IMG/VR virus record: IMGVR_UViG_3300025133_007637
Location: 1-57,307 of that record
DNA from: a virus
Taxonomy: Duplodnaviria; Caudoviricetes
Direction: 5' to 3' (one strand)
DNA length: 57,307 nt
In this document: piece after piece, positions 9,926-20,033 of the stretch
How the letters are laid out: each line of letters begins with the position of its first letter
How positions within the stretch are numbered: position 1 is the stretch's first letter
Notes under the pieces: generated by a model
Seen by the model: the letters and a program-made list of their open reading frames with translations, nothing else
What the model was told of the DNA's origin: nothing
Databases searched by the model: none
Made by a program: the position numbers and the translations under genes

Positions 9926-10641
9926 TTATTTCCCCATTTTTCTCTTATCTTTTTTACATAATCTACTTTTTCTTTATGCATCCCCCATGTTGCTTGTTCA
10001 GGGTGCCAACGATAATAATATCCTAGCCATTGTGGAAATGGAAAAATAAATAAGTTATTATCAGCTAAGTTAAAATAAAGATCATAATCATCTGCTCCAA
10101 GATAATCTTCGTCATTCCATCTGATTAGGCCATCATCGTAAAGATCTTTGGAATAGACCATAGATGGGGTATTGACTGGACTTTTTGAAAATAGAAGTTG
10201 TTTAAATTCATCTAAATTTTTATATGAATGGGACATTTCGCCCGTGAATCCCTGATTGTCACCTTTGACGCCTAAAATTGGAGATTGAAGTAATTTGATC
10301 CTATCTGTATTCTTAGAAACTATCTTAACTATTTTCTCTACATAATCCTCTGCCAGATAATCATCTGAACCTAAAATAGTAAAGTATTTTCCACTTGTGT
10401 GTTTTAAAGCTTTACCAACAGGTTCAGACCAAGAAAATTTATAAAGATTCGGTGCTGTGAAAGTCTTTAATTTGGGATAATCACTCTGTACTTGTTTTGC
10501 TATCTTTAAACTATTATCGGTACTTTCATTATCCACAAAAATTACTTCCGTATCTTCGTGAGTCTGAACAAGGGCTGATAATAGTGACTGCCGAATCCAT
10601 TTCTCTGAATTGTAACAAGGTATTATTATTGTAAATCTCAT
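9913..10641 (-). CDS. Glycosyltransferase family 2
   Basis: FTIIIPCYNSE, VDNESTDNS, LGSDD, DDYDL. Confidence 0.88.
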   Translation of the reverse strand: MRFTIIIPCYNSEKWIRQSLLSALVQTHEDTEVIFVDNESTDNSLKIAKQVQSDYPKLKTFTAPNLYKFSWSEPVGKALKHTSGKYFTILGSDDYLAEDYVEKIVKIVSKNTDRIKLLQSPILGVKGDNQGFTGEMSHSYKNLDEFKQLLFSKSPVNTPSMVYSKDLYDDGLIRWNDEDYLGADDYDLYFNLADNNLFIFPFPQWLGYYYRWHPEQATWGMHKEKVDYVKKIREKWGNKWKI

Positions 10642-11538
10642 TTATAACTCCATTAATTGCTCAACTCTTTTGATATAGGTGTGTTCATTGTTGATCAATT
10701 CCCTATTCTTTCTCTTGACTTCTTCCAAATCATCTAAAGGCATGTTAACATAATGTTTTATTAATTCAACCATCTGTTTTGGAGTGTCATAAAGTTCTAA
10801 ACTTGGAAACGTATTTTTAACTTGAGTAATGTTATCACATACCAACGCTCCTGTCAAGCCTAAAGATTTAAAAGTCCTCTCATTCGAATCAAGTCCAAGA
10901 ACTCTCTGGTAAGCGTCATGGATATTGAGTGCAACTTTACTGTTTGATAGAACTTGATTCTCTTGTTCATGCGTTAAATTTTTGTTTATAAAAATACCAC
11001 ACTTTAGTCCTGAATTATGCAATTCAGCAAAATGCTCTAACATTATTCTTTTCTTTTCATTGAATCCATTATTGGCCCAGCCGCCAATAAAGCATACATC
11101 GTAAGCATATTCACCTTTTCTCAAATCTTTATAATTTACTGAATCAAAGGCCAACAAAATTCTATCAACAGATTTCCATTTATTATGAAATTTAGCATTG
11201 TCTCCAAAAGACCACAATTTACAATTATCTATTGAGTTTAAAGAATCGATAACATTATCCGCGCATAAGCATTTAAAGTTTGGATGTCTTCCCCATGGTT
11301 CAGGAAAACTGTTTGGCTGTGCATAAACAAAAGACTTGATAGAATTTTTAATAACATGTAAATTTTGTAAATTGATATCAGAATCTACAGACATCAAATA
11401 ATAATCAGAATCATCTATTTCAGATAAAGAGTTATATAAAATGGTTTCATAACCCTTTGATTCCCAACCACCAACATACCCCTTATTATAAATCCAATGG
11501 CCCGCATGAGAACTATGGTTCTTAATATAAACTCTCAT
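10642..11538 (-). CDS. GT-B glycosyltransferase (CgeB/Glyco_trans_1_2-like)
   Basis: YDVCFIG, SKVALNIH, NERTF, HTYIKRV. Confidence 0.75.
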   Translation of the reverse strand: MRVYIKNHSSHAGHWIYNKGYVGGWESKGYETILYNSLSEIDDSDYYLMSVDSDINLQNLHVIKNSIKSFVYAQPNSFPEPWGRHPNFKCLCADNVIDSLNSIDNCKLWSFGDNAKFHNKWKSVDRILLAFDSVNYKDLRKGEYAYDVCFIGGWANNGFNEKKRIMLEHFAELHNSGLKCGIFINKNLTHEQENQVLSNSKVALNIHDAYQRVLGLDSNERTFKSLGLTGALVCDNITQVKNTFPSLELYDTPKQMVELIKHYVNMPLDDLEEVKRKNRELINNEHTYIKRVEQLMEL

Positions 11539-12458
11539 AACTTATTAATCTCTTCTAAGACCTTTTCTAAGCGGGCGTGAGACTGGTGTTCTTTAAGGAA
11601 CCTATTATGCCCACGAGTGCTTATTTGTTCTACAATTTTCGGATTTTTTATAAGAAATTGTATCTTCTCTAGTAATTCCTGTCCTGACTTCCAAGTTACT
11701 ATTTCTTTATTAATTTCAAAGAAGTTTTCGATTCCATCATGGTGTTCGGTTAGTAATAAACTGTTCGCTCCAGGTATTTCAAACATTCTTGCCTTCATTT
11801 GTGTTTTAAATTCAGGATCATTAGGGTTCACGCTAAAATTTAATCCAATTTTCGAGTTAGAATAAGCCATCATTAATTCTTCATAATTAACATTTGTGAT
11901 TTGAACCATTGGGACTTTATAGTTCTTCAGCATTTCAACATAGGGAGTTCTTAATGGATCCATTCTTCCAACAAAAGAAGACTCTAATGTCTTATCACGA
12001 AATTCTATGAACGGATGATAATTCTTATTGGAGTGCCATGCACCTAAAATAATCTTGTCATAGCCAACTTGCTTAAAATTGTCAATATAACTGGGTTCTG
12101 GTGTTGAACAAACATTAAAATAGTGACACGTTTTACTAGAAAAACTTTTAAATCGCCAAGTGTCGTCACAAAACCAATTAAATGTCTTTGTTCTACCAGA
12201 TTCTGTTTCTTGTCTTATTTCTTCCCAAGGCTCAAAAGGAGTCATTTGGGGATTTCCGGTCATACAACAAAAAATTAAGTCGGGTTTAAAGGATTCTATA
12301 ATTTTTGAAAAACTTTTTTCTTCTGGATTTACAGTATCGTAAAAATAAACATCATGTTCCAGGTCTTTTAGGGGTAAGTAAACGTTTTTATAGCCACCAT
12401 CTTCAATGTCCTTGGTTCCTCTCCTGAGTGTTTTATTCAAAGTTAAAAGAATTTTCAC
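11535..12458 (-). CDS. GT-B glycosyltransferase (CgeB/Glyco_trans_1_2-like)
   Basis: WFCDDTWRF, SKIGLNF, QMKARMFEIPG..LLLTE, EHQSHARL. Confidence 0.8.
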   Translation of the reverse strand: MKILLTLNKTLRRGTKDIEDGGYKNVYLPLKDLEHDVYFYDTVNPEEKSFSKIIESFKPDLIFCCMTGNPQMTPFEPWEEIRQETESGRTKTFNWFCDDTWRFKSFSSKTCHYFNVCSTPEPSYIDNFKQVGYDKIILGAWHSNKNYHPFIEFRDKTLESSFVGRMDPLRTPYVEMLKNYKVPMVQITNVNYEELMMAYSNSKIGLNFSVNPNDPEFKTQMKARMFEIPGANSLLLTEHHDGIENFFEINKEIVTWKSGQELLEKIQFLIKNPKIVEQISTRGHNRFLKEHQSHARLEKVLEEINKL

Positions 12459-13316
12459 TTAAAACACCTCCAATACTTTTGTAAGGATTTCAGGTTTTTT
12501 ATCCCTCATTTTTTCAATCAACTCTTTTCCCTTTAACTTAAACCAATCTTCTTTTGAGGCTCCGACATTATTATTCGTCGTAATAGACATGCCTGCCATT
12601 CTTGCTTCCACGATTATGCGGGACAAGGTTTCTGGTGTTTTGGGAAGAAATACAAATTTATCATTGTTTGTTAATCTGTTTAAAAATTCTTCATTTGAAC
12701 ACGAAGGGATAAGTTCAAAATCCAATTCTTTAATTTTGCAAAATCTAACTGCGTCTGCTGTATTCTTATGCCAATTATCACTTTGCATAATTGAAAACTT
12801 ATCCTCTTTGGGTTTATCGGCCAGTTTTTCTAAAAGACTTAAACTTTCATCAGACCAAAGATTCCCGCCCAGACTAACGATGTTGTCTAATGACAAGTTC
12901 TTCTCTACAATCTGCTTATGAAATTCGCTTTGACAAAATACCGCTTTTGCGTATTTATAAAAATCATAGTTAATGATTTGATCTTTCGGTGCAATATAAT
13001 CTTTATAATCGGCGGGATTTCTGGTTTTTAAATACTTGTGATCATGTTCATAAATTACATAATTACAGTATTGTGTTAATAGATCTCGAAATCTAGGATT
13101 TAATTGCACAAAATTTGAAACAATAAAACTGGATGAACGATTGTCATAAAGAAATTGTTCTGTAATGTGGCTGCATTTAATTTTTATAAGTGGTTGGGTT
13201 GTTTTAGTAACTAAATTACAGAATTCGTGATTATTTAATTCACCACCACCAAGCAGACCATCTTCTACAAAAAAATCTGCTATAAAGATGATTTTATCAT
13301 CCGAATGACTCAACAC
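12459..13316 (-). CDS. Putative GT-B glycosyltransferase
   Basis: GGGEL at N-terminus, YEHDHKY, ETLSRIIVEARMAG (ExF/LxxxxxEA). Confidence 0.65.
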   Translation of the reverse strand: MLSHSDDKIIFIADFFVEDGLLGGGELNNHEFCNLVTKTTQPLIKIKCSHITEQFLYDNRSSSFIVSNFVQLNPRFRDLLTQYCNYVIYEHDHKYLKTRNPADYKDYIAPKDQIINYDFYKYAKAVFCQSEFHKQIVEKNLSLDNIVSLGGNLWSDESLSLLEKLADKPKEDKFSIMQSDNWHKNTADAVRFCKIKELDFELIPSCSNEEFLNRLTNNDKFVFLPKTPETLSRIIVEARMAGMSITTNNNVGASKEDWFKLKGKELIEKMRDKKPEILTKVLEVF

Positions 13317-14580
13317 TTAACTCGTCTAGCCAATTCTCAACACTGAATTCTTTCTCATCGTAAACACTAGTAACAAATTTATTATACATCTTATCTTGTG
13401 CATGTGTTTCTAAAAGATGAGCTTTCAGTTTTTTAGCCTTTGATTTTGCTGTTCCATAATTATTAAAAACTTTTCGCATAACCTTTTTACAATGCCATTC
13501 TATCGGAAAACACCATTGAGAATCAGCCTCGATAACAGTAGCCCAAACAGCCTCTTTCTGAACTGGTTTAACTTCATAGGAAACCGAACTAAACATTGGT
13601 TTCGCCTTTGACGCCTTTTCTTTTGAACCATCGTGAATATACAAATAATCAACAGGTCCACCCCAATCGGGAGCGATTACTGGTAAGCCGCTATAGGCAG
13701 CTTCGAAAATTGGTAAACCATAACCTTCTCCGTGCGACAAACTTAACAATACCTTAACTTTTGGGTGTAAATACAAAGAATGCATTTCTTGGTCTGTAAG
13801 ATCGCCATGCAATAGGTGAACACTGCAAGTTCGATCTTTATAGTTGGTTAAAAGCTCACTCAACCTTTGTTGAGTAGCCATTCGATCTTGAATACAATTC
13901 TTCGCTAAAGAAGTTTTAATAATAAGGCCAACTTCTTTATCATGAAATTCTTCAACAAACCATTTAATGGTGTTTTCCATGTTTTTTCGTGGAATCCATG
14001 TTCCGACAGTCAAAAAGTTAAATTTATGCTTTAATTTTAGATCTAAATCTACTTTCTCGAATTCTCTAACTGGATATCCGACTACATCAATTTTTAAATC
14101 TGGCTTTGCTTCTAATAGTTTAACCTTCACTGGTTCTGGTGAAGTCCCATTATTCGCTTCTACAACTGTATTCACAAAAGCAAATTTAGTGTGTTGTGAG
14201 ATCACAATCATTTGATCAACTTGTGTGGCGCATTTCTCAAACCATTGTGGAGAAATTTTGGTAGATTCTGTACCTGCTGTTATACCAATAGTTTTTTGCG
14301 CGTTTGGATTTCTTTGCCATTCTCCTGGTATTGTGACATGCAAACACAAATCAAATTTACCACCTTGTTGAGTATATCCAATTGTTTTGCCCAATAACTG
14401 ATCAATCCACTGGCGTTCTTCGTTATCTTCCCAAATCCAACCAGTTTGGCCCCAGTTAAGACTAACGAGATAAACATCAAATAACTCAGGACGTGATCTT
14501 AGAGAGCGAAGCACAAAACGTGTGTGTTCTCCATAACCGCTTTGCGTTAGCGCCGGTCCAATAACTAATACTTTTTTCAT
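13297..14580 (-). CDS. Glycosyltransferase family 4
   Basis: SGYGEH, PRKNME, SHGEGYGLPIFEAAYSGLPVIA; start at MKKVL overlapping the upstream stop. Confidence 0.85.
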   Translation of the reverse strand: MKKVLVIGPALTQSGYGEHTRFVLRSLRSRPELFDVYLVSLNWGQTGWIWEDNEERQWIDQLLGKTIGYTQQGGKFDLCLHVTIPGEWQRNPNAQKTIGITAGTESTKISPQWFEKCATQVDQMIVISQHTKFAFVNTVVEANNGTSPEPVKVKLLEAKPDLKIDVVGYPVREFEKVDLDLKLKHKFNFLTVGTWIPRKNMENTIKWFVEEFHDKEVGLIIKTSLAKNCIQDRMATQQRLSELLTNYKDRTCSVHLLHGDLTDQEMHSLYLHPKVKVLLSLSHGEGYGLPIFEAAYSGLPVIAPDWGGPVDYLYIHDGSKEKASKAKPMFSSVSYEVKPVQKEAVWATVIEADSQWCFPIEWHCKKVMRKVFNNYGTAKSKAKKLKAHLLETHAQDKMYNKFVTSVYDEKEFSVENWLDELSVESFG

Positions 14581-15905
14581 ACTTCTATAAGCTCCCAAGA
14601 TTTATAATTTTTTCGTGTATCCCACGATCCACATTCATCGTGAATTTCTGTCATAAAATTTGACCAATCAGATGCGAATGCTTCAAAACCATAATTTTCT
14701 TCCACATGCTTTCTTCCTGATTCTCCCATTTTCTTTCGCTCTTCTTGTCCAAGTTCATACATCTTCATAAGAGAATCTGAGACTGATTTTCCAGATAACC
14801 GATCTTCATAGATATAAGGAACTTCTTGACTTCCAATAATTGCTTTAGAAGCAGGTTCCAATCCAATTCCATTTTCATAGATTGTAATGGCCTTGTTCTT
14901 CTTGTTTCTCTTAAGAGTAGATTCAAGACTAACTTTATCAGTTTTTGTTACTTGTTCTTGGAGCCCGCCAGTCATTGTAACAATAATTGGAGTCTCACAA
15001 GCCATTGATTCGAATGTAGATAGTCCGAAGCCTTCAGCATCTGAAATTCCCAAAGTTACATCTGCGGCACTATACATGGCAGACAAGTGCGGGGCGTCGA
15101 TCTTTACACCAGAAATTAAAAATTCTTTCTCTTTAAAACCAAGCTTTTGAGCAATAACATGTAAGTCTTGCCCATTAGGATCTTTTGCTTCTGTATGCAT
15201 TAATAAAGTAACTTTTCTATCTTTGTACTTCTTCTTAAATTGTGTCAAGAAATCCGCATACCAGAATACTAAAGAGCCACTTTGTTTGCGCCTTGCATTT
15301 CTACTATTCCAAAAAATTAAATAATCATCATCGTTAAATCCAAAGTTCTCTTTTCTAAACTCTTTTCTTTTATCTGCCGGTAAAGGATTAAAGAGTTGAG
15401 AAGGAACAGCGTGAGGAATATACTTTTCTTTCACTGCGGGTGATACTGTTTGAACTAAATTCGATGTTAATTTTGAAATAGTTACGACTGCATCATTTGA
15501 ATCATACCAACATTTATTAAAATCGGGATAGGGGAAATTGTCCCAAACATGATAATAAACCATAGGAACAAGTGAACGAATCTCGTTTTCCATTTGCCAA
15601 AGCCAAGGATAAAAACGAGGATCTGTCATAAACCACAAAATGTCTGGTTTTGAAGATCTAAGAATAGAGCGAAGCATTTCTGGATTTCCATATCCATCAA
15701 TGGGATAGATTATCCAATCATCTTTAAATTCTTCGACTTTTACTGGCTGGTAGTTTTCGTGTTTGATTGCACCGCCGAGACTTACAAACTCAAATTTACC
15801 AGTTTTTAACAACTCAACAATAAAATACTTTGTTTGTGTTCCAACTCCTGATGGTGATAGTGGGTGATCTGAGATTGTTAAAATTTTTATTTTCTTATCG
15901 GACAC
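14577..15905 (-). CDS. Glycosyltransferase family 4
   Basis: PSGVG, RNARRK, EGFGLSTFESMACETPII. Confidence 0.85.
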   Translation of the reverse strand: MSDKKIKILTISDHPLSPSGVGTQTKYFIVELLKTGKFEFVSLGGAIKHENYQPVKVEEFKDDWIIYPIDGYGNPEMLRSILRSSKPDILWFMTDPRFYPWLWQMENEIRSLVPMVYYHVWDNFPYPDFNKCWYDSNDAVVTISKLTSNLVQTVSPAVKEKYIPHAVPSQLFNPLPADKRKEFRKENFGFNDDDYLIFWNSRNARRKQSGSLVFWYADFLTQFKKKYKDRKVTLLMHTEAKDPNGQDLHVIAQKLGFKEKEFLISGVKIDAPHLSAMYSAADVTLGISDAEGFGLSTFESMACETPIIVTMTGGLQEQVTKTDKVSLESTLKRNKKNKAITIYENGIGLEPASKAIIGSQEVPYIYEDRLSGKSVSDSLMKMYELGQEERKKMGESGRKHVEENYGFEAFASDWSNFMTEIHDECGSWDTRKNYKSWELIEV

Positions 15906-15914
15906 CTATTCTCC

Positions 15915-16682
15915 TTATGGGCACCATTGTGTTTTGTCAAATTCACACTTTTTACAACTTAAGCGATTCTTTGGATGATTGCCTTTGGAGATATTATACA
16001 CGGCTTTGTTTAAGATTTTTAATGCATTATTAATTTTTCTTTCACCACTGGAAACTCTGAAGATTTCTACCTTGTCTTTTTTGGCTGTTCGCTTCAATAA
16101 TCCGAAATAGGTTTCCACTTTCTGTGGCTCTATGTTATGTTTTTTGCAAAAGAACTTTTTATAATAGGTCAACTGATAGGTGGTAATTTTATCTGTTCTT
16201 CTTTGCATGTCCCAGCCCCACGAACATGATTTCCAATCAATAATATGATACTTACCATCAGGAGTTTGAATGACTAAATCTAAAAAACCTTTGTAGTCAT
16301 AATCGTCTGGTATGTCTTCAATTGATTCGATTATCTTTTCTTCTGCTGAAAAAACTTTATAACCAGGAAACTTAATCTTTAAAGACATTAAAATCATTGA
16401 TGCCAATTCAAGACCCTGTTCCTTCATTTCACGAATCATCGGGGCATGTTCTTCAGGAATTTCTTTCAGCTTATTAAGCTCATCTTTAAAAGAGTGTTTA
16501 AAAACTGTTTCATAATCTGTATTTTCATTAAGTGTCAGTTTCTCGCAAGTTTCATGGAGGGCTGTTCCAAATGCAGTATAAACATTTCCTTGGAAAAGTT
16601 TAATTCTATCAACATAAGTTAATTTATGATAAAAGGGACAAAAATCCCAATTTTTTAATGCACTGAATGAAATGTGTGGCAT
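15915..16682 (-). CDS. PD-(D/E)xK exonuclease, Cas4/RecB-like with Fe-S cysteines
   Basis: SFSAL..CP, FGTALH, GFLDLV, IIDWKS, QLTYY, C-terminal CxxC...CP. Confidence 0.85.
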   Translation of the reverse strand: MPHISFSALKNWDFCPFYHKLTYVDRIKLFQGNVYTAFGTALHETCEKLTLNENTDYETVFKHSFKDELNKLKEIPEEHAPMIREMKEQGLELASMILMSLKIKFPGYKVFSAEEKIIESIEDIPDDYDYKGFLDLVIQTPDGKYHIIDWKSCSWGWDMQRRTDKITTYQLTYYKKFFCKKHNIEPQKVETYFGLLKRTAKKDKVEIFRVSSGERKINNALKILNKAVYNISKGNHPKNRLSCKKCEFDKTQWCP

Positions 16683-16714
16683 CTAGTCCTCTCTAATAGA
16701 CCTGTGTCAAAAAC

Positions 16715-17008
16715 TTATACAGTTTTTGATTTTTTAGTCTTACTAGAGGATACCACACTTTTCTTAGGTTTGTCAAGTGTATTCTTGGAAAAAATCAATG
16801 TTCTTTCCCAGGGGCCGGATTCATTATCTAGGGGTTGTGCTGAATAGTCGGGTAAACTATATCCCTTTAAATTAATCTTTTGTTCATTTAAATAATTTAA
16901 AACAGTATTAGTCGTAACACAAATAAGTCGATCTCTGCCATCTCTTTTCTTAAGTTTTACATTAACTGTTATTTTGTCTTTCTCTTGTTTAATTTCATAT
17001 TCAACCAT
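16715..17008 (-). CDS. Hypothetical protein
   Basis: AGGAG SD and overlap with the upstream gene; no recognisable motif. Confidence 0.6.
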   Translation of the reverse strand: MVEYEIKQEKDKITVNVKLKKRDGRDRLICVTTNTVLNYLNEQKINLKGYSLPDYSAQPLDNESGPWERTLIFSKNTLDKPKKSVVSSSKTKKSKTV

Positions 17009-17690
17009 TTTCTTCTCCTTTTGTAAATAATTCCTTTATTTTATCAAATAAAATAGGATTAATTTCTTTTAAATAGTCTGCTTCGCCTCTTACGAATTCT
17101 TCAAATCCATTAGCAAAGTATTCACGTATTGAAGTTACAGAATACGGAGATAAAAATAACCCAGCAGTCATAAGAGACAATTTGTCATATCCAAGTTGTT
17201 TTAATAGAAAATCATCCAATTCATCAACACGATCTTCTGAAAAGAATAGAGAACCCATACCTGAAAAAGATAATCCACTTGCCCTTAACATAGACACTAA
17301 GCGTTTTTTCTTTCCATTGTATTCATTAAAAATTCTTCCATCACTATAGATTTCTGAACCAAATCTATCTTCAAGCATATGAGCTAATTCATGAATGATG
17401 TCTTTAATAATTATTTCTTCACTTACTTCTGGGAAATCATTAAAAGATGACAGATAAATTGCACCATCTATAAACATGGCTGAAATCTTTCTAGCATCAA
17501 GTTCTGGAAATTCTCCAATGTAAATCACATCAAGACCTTGAACAAATTTATAAGGAATTGATTTCTTCACTTCTTCTATTACTTCATCAATATTAATGTG
17601 ATCAAGAAATGGATGTATAATGTGAATCGGAACGTTATAAAGATAATATTCTTTCTTCTTTCTTGAAGTTTCTTTTATGTATTCTTTCAT
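17001..17690 (-). CDS. Putative zincin metallopeptidase-fold protein
   Basis: IIHELAH (HExxH) and downstream EYFANGFE. Confidence 0.55.
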   Translation of the reverse strand: MKEYIKETSRKKKEYYLYNVPIHIIHPFLDHINIDEVIEEVKKSIPYKFVQGLDVIYIGEFPELDARKISAMFIDGAIYLSSFNDFPEVSEEIIIKDIIHELAHMLEDRFGSEIYSDGRIFNEYNGKKKRLVSMLRASGLSFSGMGSLFFSEDRVDELDDFLLKQLGYDKLSLMTAGLFLSPYSVTSIREYFANGFEEFVRGEADYLKEINPILFDKIKELFTKGEENG

Positions 17691-17741
17691 AATTTGAAAT
17701 TTACAATTTTATTGTATCATATTTCATAAGTCATTTTAAAA

Positions 17742-19067
17742 TTAAAGAACTTTAGATGTCAAAGTTGCTACTTTAGACCGCTCTCCCTTCAAGAATGTAA
17801 TGTGACCTGTAATATCATAAGGTTTGAGTTTTTCAATTGCATAAGTTAAACCATTAGAGGTTTCATCTATATTAACATTATCAATTTGTTCAATATCTCC
17901 AGTCAAAACAATCTTACTTCCATGCCCAACACGAGTTAAAATAGTTTTAATTTCATGTCGTGTTAAATTTTGACACTCATCAATAATAATGTAAGCTTTC
18001 TGAATTGATCTTCCTCTTATATAAGTTAATGCTTCTATTTCAATAATCTTTTTTTGCATGTATTGAGTCAACATCAAATTATCATCACCAAATAGAAATC
18101 TCAGATTATCCTGAATTGGCGCAAGCCAAGGAGCCATTTTTTCTTCCATTGTTCCAGGCAAATATCCTAAATCTTTACCCATTGGCATAATGGGTCTTGA
18201 AACAATCATGCGATTATAAGGAGAATCCTCGCCCATGACTTGTTGTAACCCAGCAGCAAGAGCACACAAAGTTTTTCCACTTCCAGCTTTTCCAATTAAA
18301 GAAACAATAGGAATCTCAGGATCCAAAAGAAGATCAAGGGCAAAATTTTGTTCTTTATTCTTAGGACTTATACCCCAACCATCTTCTTCTTTTCGATCTG
18401 GGATTTTTTTAAATGGTGAAAGAGTATCGACAAATCTTGTAATTGCGGTTTTCTTTTCATTGGAAGAAGAAACTAACATCACAAATTGATTGGCATATAA
18501 TTCAGGCTTTCCATCAACAGCATCAGATAAAAAGATTTGTTCTCCTGCATAAAATCTATCAATAATCTGATCATCTACTAAAACTTTCGCAAATCCACTA
18601 TAAAGCTCGTGTGCAGTTTTAATAACCTTTTCTGACTTGTACCCTTCAGCGTTTAAACCAACAGCATCACATTTAATTCTTAAATTTATGTCGTTGGAAG
18701 CAACAATAACCTTTCGGCCAGGGAATTCTTTTTTAATTGTTAAGGCTGTTGCAATAATTTGGTGGTCTGCAACTGTGGGAGAAAATCCTGCTGGAAGCTC
18801 TGATAAGTCTGGTGCTTTTGTAAAACAAAGACCCAATCCTTTTCGAATTCTAATTCCTTTTTGAAAATTGCCCTTTTCTCTTAATTCGTCTAATGTTCTA
18901 ATAATGCTTCTAGCATTTACTCCGACCCCATTTGGTCTTTTTTTGCAATTATCTAGTTCTTCTAAAACAACTAAAGGAATGATAATGTCGTTATTACTAT
19001 AAGAGAAAATTGCACGATAATCTGTAAGATACACGCTTGTATCTAAAACATAAAACTTTTTTGCCAT
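17742..19067 (-). CDS. phoH: PIN-PhoH (PhoH2-type) ATPase/RNase
   Basis: N-terminal PIN VLDTSV..EELD..D..I..SNDINLR; GKAGSGKT, LGYLPG, IRGRS, IIDECQN, TGDIEQID. Confidence 0.92.
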   Translation of the reverse strand: MAKKFYVLDTSVYLTDYRAIFSYSNNDIIIPLVVLEELDNCKKRPNGVGVNARSIIRTLDELREKGNFQKGIRIRKGLGLCFTKAPDLSELPAGFSPTVADHQIIATALTIKKEFPGRKVIVASNDINLRIKCDAVGLNAEGYKSEKVIKTAHELYSGFAKVLVDDQIIDRFYAGEQIFLSDAVDGKPELYANQFVMLVSSSNEKKTAITRFVDTLSPFKKIPDRKEEDGWGISPKNKEQNFALDLLLDPEIPIVSLIGKAGSGKTLCALAAGLQQVMGEDSPYNRMIVSRPIMPMGKDLGYLPGTMEEKMAPWLAPIQDNLRFLFGDDNLMLTQYMQKKIIEIEALTYIRGRSIQKAYIIIDECQNLTRHEIKTILTRVGHGSKIVLTGDIEQIDNVNIDETSNGLTYAIEKLKPYDITGHITFLKGERSKVATLTSKVL

Positions 19068-19172
19068 AAAATCCTTCTATTTGAATTAATGTCAGCCACA
19101 GGCTCAATAATAAATAGGCGGGTGTTTTGAGTTTTCTCATTATAGTTACTTTATAGGAGACACTTTTGTAAT

Positions 19173-20033
19173 TTGAAAGATGCGGTCGCAAAACTTATTT
19201 TATCAACCATGATGTTCATAACACTTGTTGGATGTTCATCTTGTGTTAACAGTTCTTATCTTTTCGGCCCAGGAGATCTTTTCAGAGATAAAAGGAGATC
19301 TTTTATAAAAATTGATGTTTACAAAAACATTGTTGTTACCAAAACATCAACTGCTCCCGACTATGCTCGATCTGAAGAATATGAACTTGATTTAAGATCG
19401 TCTGCTTCTGGATTTATTGTTGGCCACGACAGAGAAATAACTCTTGTGGCAACATCAGCACATGTTTGCTCTTTTATGGTGGGAAAGCAAATAAATTATT
19501 TTATCCCCGATTTTAATGCACGAGATCCTGACTGGAAGTTTAAGGAAAGGAATTCTTTTATCTTAAGTGATTATAAGGGAAGAACCTATGCGTCTATTCC
19601 GCTCAAATTTGATCTAAAAACTGACATTTGTATTCTAGGATCTGCTAAAATTCCTCTTCCAGAATTAATAATTTCAAAAAATCCACCACTAATTGGTGAG
19701 AAATACTATAACATCGCTGCACCAATGGGCGTTTGGTCTTCAAAAATGATTCCATTATTTGAGGGATTTTATTTGGGACCAATGAAAATGCGAAATGGTA
19801 GAAGAACATCCTATGCCTTTTCAATACCAACAAAAGGAGGATCTTCTGGTTCTCCTATTTTAAACAGTTATGGAGAAGTTGTTGGAGCAACACATTCAGC
19901 CTATAGAGGATTTGAAAATCTTTGTATGGCAACAACAAACACCCAGATCTACATGGCACTTCGATCTGCGATGAATCGACTATTAAAAAATTATAAACAA
20001 TTTAAGCTCATCATTGATCTGATCAATATTTAA
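19173..20033 (+). CDS. Trypsin-like serine protease, predicted lipoprotein
   Basis: Lipobox LVGC; triad motifs TSAHVC, DIC, GGSSGSPI. Only credible plus-strand gene. Confidence 0.8.
   Translation: MKDAVAKLILSTMMFITLVGCSSCVNSSYLFGPGDLFRDKRRSFIKIDVYKNIVVTKTSTAPDYARSEEYELDLRSSASGFIVGHDREITLVATSAHVCSFMVGKQINYFIPDFNARDPDWKFKERNSFILSDYKGRTYASIPLKFDLKTDICILGSAKIPLPELIISKNPPLIGEKYYNIAAPMGVWSSKMIPLFEGFYLGPMKMRNGRRTSYAFSIPTKGGSSGSPILNSYGEVVGATHSAYRGFENLCMATTNTQIYMALRSAMNRLLKNYKQFKLIIDLINI

Noticed and set aside
15915-16682. Cas4-like nuclease as evidence of a CRISPR-Cas system
   Set aside because: No cas1/cas2 or effector genes and no repeat-spacer array seen in the window; solo Cas4-like nucleases are common in phages.
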